DNA of 64,000 nt. It comes from the human T2T-CHM13v2.0 reference genome, Homo sapiens. The position numbers and the translations under genes were made by a program. Below the pieces are notes generated by a model that was given only the letters and a program-made list of their open reading frames with translations, had not been told where the DNA came from and searched no databases. Below are positions 55,761 through 64,000 of this stretch, piece after piece; positions within the stretch are counted from its first letter, which is position 1, and every line of letters starts with the position of its first letter. The stretch lies in NCBI RefSeq assembly GCF_009914755.1, contig NC_060935.1. One strand, given 5' to 3'.

Positions 55761-58700
55761 TATTTCCAATAAATGAATGACTGAAGTTCAGGAAACAGTT
55801 ACAACATAAGTTGATCCAAATATCTTCTATTTTAAATTTTTTCTTGCAAAATAGTAAATTCTCTTGGTTACAGTTACTTAACATGCTGTAACTTTGTAAC
55901 TTTTTAGATTACAGAATATTTTCATCATTTTCTGTCTGTCACAGATGCTAGTGACAAAATTCTGTGTATCATTTTTCTTCAAAATATAACACTTGGTACA
56001 GTAAGTGCTAAACAAAGACAACCAATTATGGATTTATTAAGTGTTTGTTATTGACAATGAATATGGAAAATTGGAAATGGATTCCAGAGATGGAGTCAAC
56101 AATATTTGGTAACCAGATGGCTGTGCTAGCTGACCAAGGAGAGACATCATAGATGGATTCTGGGTTTGCTAAATTAGTATTTTAATTAGATAGTAACATA
56201 TTAAAATAAATAAGTTCTCTAATCTACTCATAAACTAATTTCATCTTATTGAGATTGCACATTTGATTTTTACAATTCAAAATAAACCTATCTTAAGATC
56301 TTAAGCTAGTCCTGCTTTTCTAACACTTGAGTTATTCATTCTTAATAAAATCATCTTATATAACTCGAAGAAATACATTGTTTAGTTTTATTTTTTTAAA
56401 TGATGATATTCACCACATTCTCACTCCTGTCTCATGGGCTTTTCCTTCATTTGCCCAAAGATAGCTGTTACTTTAACAGTGATATGAAATCTCTCAGCTT
56501 CTCTGGCACTTTGTGGTCAGTAAATTTTGTCTAAAAATGTAGCTTTGCCAACATTCATTTTGCTGAAAAATGAAATAAAACGAGTTTTCAGGATAAACGT
56601 TTTCTGTGCCCATTACCTTGTTGTTTGGTTTCACACTGGTAAAACTTTGTTTGTCCCTGTTGCTATCATCTTTGCCAACTTTCTCTCCACATAGCAATCT
56701 GCAATAATAACTTCCCCAGGAGTGAGCTTAGTCCTCAGTCTCTGAGCCAAGGAAATCCTGGAAGTAGGTTGGGGCTTCCTTCCCACTGACTGGTAAACAG
56801 GATCTGAAATGGGTCTGCTGCCTTCACGCCTGATATCCTGGGCAGGTAGGCAGCCCCAGGGTGTACCTAGGAACAATGCCACACACTTGCATTGACATCT
56901 GTCTGTGTATTCTGTCTTCCCATTAATTTATAACTGGAAAATAATTCAACATCCTTTCATTTTAATCTCAAATCTGTGAAGTCACCATGTCAAAATGTCA
57001 GACCGTTCGGGAGACATTGACTGCGTTAATACTGTCCTTCACACTACTGATACACTACATGCACAGCCAGCCACAGGCTCTTTCCCAAGATCATGAAGTG
57101 GTGTACTCGTGTAATTGATAACCAAATTCAAAAGATATAATTATTAATTATTTCTATGCTGGAGCAACCATATGGCCTATGTTTTCCTGTGACATTTCCT
57201 TTTATGATTGTTCTCCCAGAGTTACAACACTTCTGAGCACTCTCGAAGTTAGACAATCATTTGTGGTCATTTAGACAATCATTTAGATAATCATTTGTGG
57301 TCAACCTATTTATGTCCTTAGAAAAACCTGTTCACCACTTTTAGTCTCAGTTAAAGGTATTGAACACTATGATTTCTAATGACAATTTCAGTTTTAACAT
57401 TTACAAAATATAAGGTCAGCCTCAAGTACACAGAAATGCAACAAACCTAAAAAAAACTTTCCTGAAAGTAACGGATGCCTAATGTTTACATGAAATTAAC
57501 TTTATTTTTGGATACAGAAACTGACTTCTGCGGGATCTTTGTGTTTTAATGTGCAAATTGATTTTATGATTATCCAACCCTTACTCAGGTAAAGAAGGGT
57601 AAGTTCTGAAGGTCCTGGAGGCTTGTTTTCTCCCAAATTTTTGTATCTCTTTGCAAGTGGCTAGATGTGTATATCTTAGTCAACTCAAAAACAGGGCAGG
57701 TTGATGCCAGCAACTGAATTTTGGAGCCCACCTTTACTAAAAAGGCTATTTTCTCAACCAACAAATGTCTCTTATTACATAGTAGAGTTAATGTTCCCTG
57801 ATTTCCTTTCCAACTTTGTTACAAATATGTGAGTGTGAGGGGCATGGGGTCCTGCTTTGCTGGCATTTTTCATGGTGCCTCCAGCTGGTCTACTCAGGCA
57901 CATTTCCCTGCAGGATGGGAATTGAAGGGGATTCTGGATAATTCACTGATTCTCTGCCATGTAATCCCTTGCAGGAAAATACTGTAATACACCATGACAA
58001 GATTAAAGTGCCACTTTCATGGTATCAGTAGCCATTATACTAGGGACACTGAACTGTTTATCAATATACTAAAAATGAGGCAGCTCAGTTTGACAAGAAA
58101 AGTGTTTGTTGGAAAAGGTCTGACCCCTATGCTAAGTTTCCCGTGCTGTGCCTCAGCAGGCTTGTCGCACAGCCTCCAAGTCTGTCCCTTCATCTAGGAA
58201 ATACATGCAGTGGATAGATCAGATTAAGTGCTAAACCAGTAAGTTATCTAAACAAATTGATTATAGAATCTAGGATTAGGAAGAAGGAGGTCACTAGAGG
58301 AAGAAGGAGAAATTGAATCACACATACTGTGTTGAGACCTAGGTGTACCTGCAACTTAAAGCTCACACTATGAAAAGATTTCATGTCTTCAATGAAGATG
58401 ATACATTCTCATAAGTTACTGCTTCTTATGCTCAGACACAGATTTCATTGTGGATGTCTCCTTTAACAGTATAATGCTATCAGGGCACACATCTAGGTCT
58501 CAACCTTTTCACAGACAGAGGTAAGAGTTGAATTGTCCCTGCATGTGTAGCCTCTACAGCTATGTTGAAGTCAAGAAGAGTGTTTTTTCTCTGGGAGGCT
58601 TGGTGCTTTAATCCAGTAGGTATTCAATGAACACTTAAATGTTGATTAAAAGTAATGAAATTCAGGACTGTATAACATGTATTAAACATCTTTTATGGGC

Positions 58701-60489
58701 TAAGTTTTTACAGGTAATTTCTTGCTTCAAAAATAAGAAAATTGAACCTCAGAGAGTCCATAATGCTTATGAATGGAACAATAATTACTGATTTTTTTGA
58801 AGCCCAAGTATAGTGATCTGTCCTCTGTACTGACATGCCAGTATGGAGACAACAACAAAATAGTTACATGAGAGTCTTGTACAGAACATTTTGTGATATT
58901 TTTTCATCATATATTTAGAAAATAAAAAGGAAGGGAAGGAGCTTGTCATGATTTTAAGCAGGCTCATCTTGGCCATAGATTTTTATCACATCTAATCTTC
59001 TTTCACATCTATCTATACTACAATATGCATGATCCATTTAAACAGATTTAAAAGACAAACTGAAATTTAGCTTTAAAATAACTTTTTAAATGTCATCAAG
59101 TTATATTTGGAAACTTTATGAGAGCAGTTATACAATCCTATAATTATCATGTTCATGAACCTTTCCAACAAGTATACAATTCATGATTACAATGTTTTTG
59201 AAAGATAGATGTGAAAATGAATAAACTAGAATAAAGACAGTTGTGAAATTTCATCTAGTGAAAATAGATTTTTAAAATTCATGTATTCAGAGAGTATTTT
59301 TGAAGCAAGACAGTTTGAGTCTGGCTAAATGATTGAAATCACAAGAATTTTTTGAAATGTTTCTGTATTTTATGTTATTTTATTATTTGTACTTTAGCAC
59401 AATTATAAAATCTATTTTTATTATAATATGTGGCAGAATAGAGTGAAAAAAGATTATATAAACTGGTAACTTAAGAAACACATTTCAACATTTGTGCAAT
59501 AAATAAATATTTAATAAATGTTGTGGGAAAATCAATGATCAGAACCACAGAAAAATGTTGTCTTCAGATTACAGAATTGCACTTGAAATGCTGCATTTCC
59601 TAAATTTTGTTATAATTAAATATGTATACACATCCAAGCCTTTATTTAAAACTGTCCCATCTATTGTAGGAAAAGCTGGGTAAAAAATGTATTAAGAGGT
59701 CTCTTTAATTCCACCATCTGCTTCTGCAAATGTGAAGAGCTCTGAGTTCATGATTCTTAATCAGTCCATTTAAACATGAACAACTATTTCACAGTTAAGA
59801 AAGCAATGCAAATACCTGTGGAATACTTCTTCTCTTAATGTTGAATGTTTAAATCACATAAAGTGGTCAATGGATATGCCCTGATCCTTCCTTCCACCTC
59901 ATCTAACACAGTCACTCTTATACATCTCTGTTTACCAATCTTGACATTATCCTGCCCAAAAAACTTCCATGGCTTCTTACGGACTACTGAATGAAATCAT
60001 GACATTTTGTCATTGCTTTCAACACTTTCCCTAATGAAATCTCAATACTCATGCCCAGCTAGCCTTCTACAAATACCCAATGCTCCAGTCCTGAACCCTT
60101 CATTGAAATCAACTGCTCTTGGCTCTTGGTCACACGTTTCTTACACTCTCTTCTTCGCCTATCTTTACATGCTCCAATTCCAGATGTCATCCAATGTGTG
60201 GCTAAAATGCTGCCTTGGTCATGAAGTATATTTTTCACTTTCCATTAGAATACATTTCTATATTTCCAAAATTTCCATAAAATTAAAATTACGTATTTCA
60301 TAGCACATAGCATTGTTTACATTGTCATTTTATAACCTTTACTAGACTATAAGCACTTGGGCTTATAAATCCTATGTTTGCTTTCTGTAACCTTCGTAGA
60401 GCTAGAACTACTATTCTCTCCTTGGCATATGGCAAACAAGACTTACAAAAATCTCACTAATGCGTAATTCTTATGCATTCTTCACTCGA

Positions 60490-61600
60490 ATTCACCAAAT
60501 GTTGACATATTACATAAATTAGTACAGTTTTTCAACACCAGGGAATACCATTTCTAAACTATTAACTAATCCATTGACCTTTTTCAAAGTTTATCAATTG
60601 CCCCACTAAAGTATTCTATAGGCAAAAATCTTATTCAGGATCATATACTCCATATACTTATTGTATCATCTTACATTTATTTTAATTTAGGACAGATTTT
60701 CAGCCTTTCTTTGTTTTTGATGACTTTGTGAAGAATAATGGCTGATATGGTTAGGCTTTGTGTCCCTACCAAAATCTCGTCTTGAATTGTAATTCCCACG
60801 TGGGGAGGGTGGAAAGTGTTTGGATTATGGGGGCGGGTTGTCCCATGTTGTTCTCGTGATCACGAGTGAATTCTCACGAGACTGGATGGTTTTATAAGTG
60901 TTTGGCAAGTTCCTCCTTCACTCACACTTCTCTTTTCTGCCACCTTGTGAAGAAGGTACTTGCTTCTACTTACATCATGATTGTCGGTTTCCTGAGGCCT
61001 CCCCAGCCATGTGGAACTGTGGGTCAATTAAACCTCTTTCCTTTATAAATTACCCAGTCTTGGGCAATTGTTCATAGCAGTGTGAGAATGGGCTAATACA
61101 CTGGCTAATTGTTTTACAGAATATAGCACAATTTGGTTTGTTCCATATTACTCCTGATTATATTTAATATGTAGATTAGGCATTTATAGTAAGAACACAA
61201 CAGAAGTTATTTTGAGACTTCTTGGGACATTATATAAAGAAGCTCATGACACTGATTTGTCTCATTATGTTAGTGTTCAATTTGATCACTTGGCTAACAT
61301 TACTTTTATCGAGTTTCTCCAGTATAAGTTTACTATTTTTACTTTGTAATGGCTAAGTACATTGTAGAATACTTTCAGAATATGAAAATATCCTATTTCT
61401 CATTACTTCCACACACTAATTTTAGCAGTTATTGATTACTGAAACTATTATTTTGGTGTTTACCACAGGATAATTTTTTTCCATCTTTTTAACTTTTTCT
61501 ATACTCACTAATTCAAATTCTGCCATGGGGAATAATAGCTTTCTATTGCCTCCCTTATTTCTTTATATTTAGTTATTTACCTTTCTTATTATTGACTCAT
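60490..61600 (-). mobile_element. L1MC4/5-like 3' UTR fragment split by a THE1D LTR
   Basis: ttcagcctttcttgtttttgatgactttgtgaagaat...|...ttgttttacagaat...tttgatcacttggctaa...tttctccagtataagtttacta. Confidence 0.7.
60743..61100 (+). mobile_element. THE1D-like MaLR solo LTR
   Basis: tgatatggttaggctttgtgtcc...tttcctgaggcctccccagccatgtggaactgtgggtcaattaaacctc...ggctaataca; TSD atggc (60738-42) / ctggc (61101-05). Confidence 0.92.
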
Positions 61601-61659
61601 GGATGTTTGTTCAACTAATATTTTAATAAGACTATTAAATATATCTTGGAGCAGTACAT

Positions 61660-61895
61660 ATATTTTTAGAGAATATATGTTTAAGATTCAGTTGGGTACT
61701 GTTCTCAGTATTCCACTTGTTTCAACTATTAATTGTCATAGTAACCATAAGAAGTTGGTAGTGTTACCATACTCATTTCAAAGATAAGGAAGTTGAGACA
61801 CAGGAGAATTAGGTAACCTTCCCACATTACTCCACCAGAGTGACAGAGTTGAGATTAGGACCTCAGCAATCTGGCTTTAGAGTCCATGCTGTTAA
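61660..61895 (-). mobile_element. MIR
   Basis: tactgttctcagta...cattttcaaagataaggaagttgagacacaggagaattaggtaaccttccc-like core...tctggctttagagtccatgct. Confidence 0.75.
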
Positions 61896-63449
61896 CAAAA
61901 ATAATAAATTTAATCTAATAAGGCTTCGTGAGACTCAGGAGTAGTTTTTCTCTCTCTCATCATTAGCACATCTTCAACCAAAGCCAGTATGTGCACAAGG
62001 CATGCTCAGATCTCAGCATCATGGGACCAGGAGATGGTGAAGGAAGCTAGGATTAAGCAGAATTTGCTTCCAAGAGTAAAGGATTTGGCAGGTTGGAGGA
62101 AGATTATCTAGCCACAGAGGTAAGTCCTAGTAAGGATGGTGGAGCAATCTGAGATATACCAGAATACGGTCCCATCATAGCCCAAATGGGATCTGTTGGT
62201 GGTATCTTCCTGCTATGTTCACTGCTATAGTAGATTAGGATTGTATACTATGTGTTCAGGATAGAAGAACAGCTTTACCTGTAGCAATTAATTAGTCAAA
62301 TATAGAAGGCAGACAAAGAGTTGGGAAACTAGGCGGCAACCACAGCTTAAGAGGAGTTCACTGGTAGGTAATTAAATGATATTTATGATGAAAATAACAA
62401 ATATCAGCGTGGCTAGTCAGGACCAGCTGACACTACTGGTCTGGAATACCATGAAGATAATCAGGCAAACTACAGAGTACAGAAATGAAGCAAAAATTCA
62501 CTTTTGCAACTGGACCAGTACAGTAGGGAGAATGAAATATTGCAACTTGGTTGCAATAGGGCACCTGCTTCGGTAGGTGTAGCAACACAGTAATCTCACT
62601 CCCAGGTTTAGGCCTACAGTGATTAGACTTCTTGCTAAACTTCATTTGATGGGGCTGAGACTTCTGACATTCTTATTGCTTCTGCCAGGAAAGTCTTTAC
62701 AGTTCCAACTCAAAAACTGTAAATATTTGAACCTATACATGGGATTCCTTTGACATTTATTCTTACATTCATGCATTCACTCCTTATCAAACACATACAA
62801 TGTGCCATGAAAATGTGCAGGGGTTAGACCATGACCAAGACATAATCTATACTATAGTATATTAATCTATACCATCAAGTAATTTATTTTCTAGTAAGGT
62901 AGTTCTTCAATAATATATGCAAGACATAATCTATACTATACTAATCTATACTATCAAGTAATTTATTTTCTAGTGAGGTAGTTCTCTAATAAGTACTGAG
63001 CGCACATGGAAAGCAGTAGTGGCTCAAAGTTCTGGTGGTGTGTGTGGGTGGGAGGGTTAAGAGAGGATTTCCTGGAGGAAATAGATCCACCTGTGAGGAT
63101 AATGGAGGCAGAGAAAGGTAGACAAGCAGCAACAGGAACATACACCTGTTTAATAAAAGCAAACACATTTAAAACAATATGGAAGTGGCCCAGCAAGATA
63201 TCTACCCCAGTAAAAGAAATTCATGAAAACCACCCCCACTGCCATCTGATTACCATGTTCAGCTGCGGTGAAGTGGAAGGAAGGTTAGGCTGTGCCACAG
63301 ATATTTATAGACTCTTAAATAGCTGTAAAAGCGTGGCATTGAATGACATTTGTGTAACCCCTTTCCTAATAATAGGGATTAGAGCTGCAGAAGATCTAGG
63401 TGGTCATGTAGTTCAATCTCTGATCATTTCTAATTCTAGAAAGGTGTAA

Positions 63450-63750
63450 TAATAATTATTTACATTTGCATAATACTTTATAAAGCACTTTCATAGCCAT
63501 TATCTTATTTGCTCCTCAAAACAATTTTCTGAAATAAGCAGGAATAATATCATCAAAATTATAAAAAACAATTTTCTGAAATAAGCAGGAATAATATTAT
63601 CAAAATTATTATTGCCTGGAAAAGGAAACTTAAGACGGTAGGAAATTTACATTAATGGCTAGAGATGATAACACTAGGGAGTGGAGTCAAATCTGGGATC
63701 CAAATTTCTAACCTCTTATCCAATGTTCTTTCCATAATACCACCTGCTTT
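63450..63750 (-). mobile_element. MIR with internal 47-bp tandem duplication
   Basis: taaagcactttcatagccattatcttatttgctcctcaaaacaa...ggaaacttaagac...tccaatgttctttccataataccac. Confidence 0.7.
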
Positions 63751-64000
63751 AATTTGCTAACCAAGGGAGAGCTGATACTTAGCAACTGGGAGTCTCATAT
63801 CCTCTCTTGGTGACTCTCCAGGTATTTATTGTTCCTTTCTGTGAAGAGCCTATGAGGAGAGGGAGAAATCATGTTACACAGAGAAAGTCCTTCAAAGTAC
63901 GACCTCTCTGGAACACCTATCTTAGTTTCTCTTTGGCAGTTTGTAGAAAAGGAATGTTTTTGTCCTTACCTCAGGCTTTCTATTTGAGAATCTGTGGGTG

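Noticed and set aside
63006-63449. 147-aa ATG-initiated ORF
   Set aside because: Overlaps decayed L2/MIR-like sequence at its ends; no domain or splice support.
57249-63609. Short direct repeats as a CRISPR-like array
   Set aside because: Only two or three abutting copies with no unique spacers; eukaryotic context with no cas genes.

Overview
This is AT-rich, CpG-depleted primate genomic DNA (it carries AluY, AluS and L1PA elements), either intergenic or deep-intronic. I found no credible protein-coding exon, RNA gene or CpG island. Most of the sequence is transposon-derived. The main elements are a twin-primed (5'-inverted) L1PA4/5-like insertion (1.2-1.9 kb), two Alus, a complete THE1A provirus with a perfect GACTC target-site duplication (TSD) (5.76-8.02 kb), an ERV1 solo LTR (17 kb), and a deleted LTR16/ERVL provirus interrupted by a MER4-group LTR (20.6-23.7 kb). 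There are also MLT1/THE1/LTR33 LTRs, MER2/MER5/MER81 DNA-transposon relics, older L1 3' ends, a full-length dead L1PA7-like element (45.8-52.3 kb) and many L2/MIR fragments. The long ORFs in the track are either repeat-derived or chance ORFs. I do not see a convincing new biological system. The best observations are mutational fossils: a 155-bp ungapped local copy of ERVL integrase sequence inside an L2 1.8 kb away, a microsatellite that grew inside an Alu TSD, and palindromes consistent with template switching. Three apparently repeat-free motif clusters may be enhancers. Repeat subfamily names come from my recollection of consensus sequences and need RepeatMasker/Dfam confirmation. Boundaries of ancient repeats are approximate.
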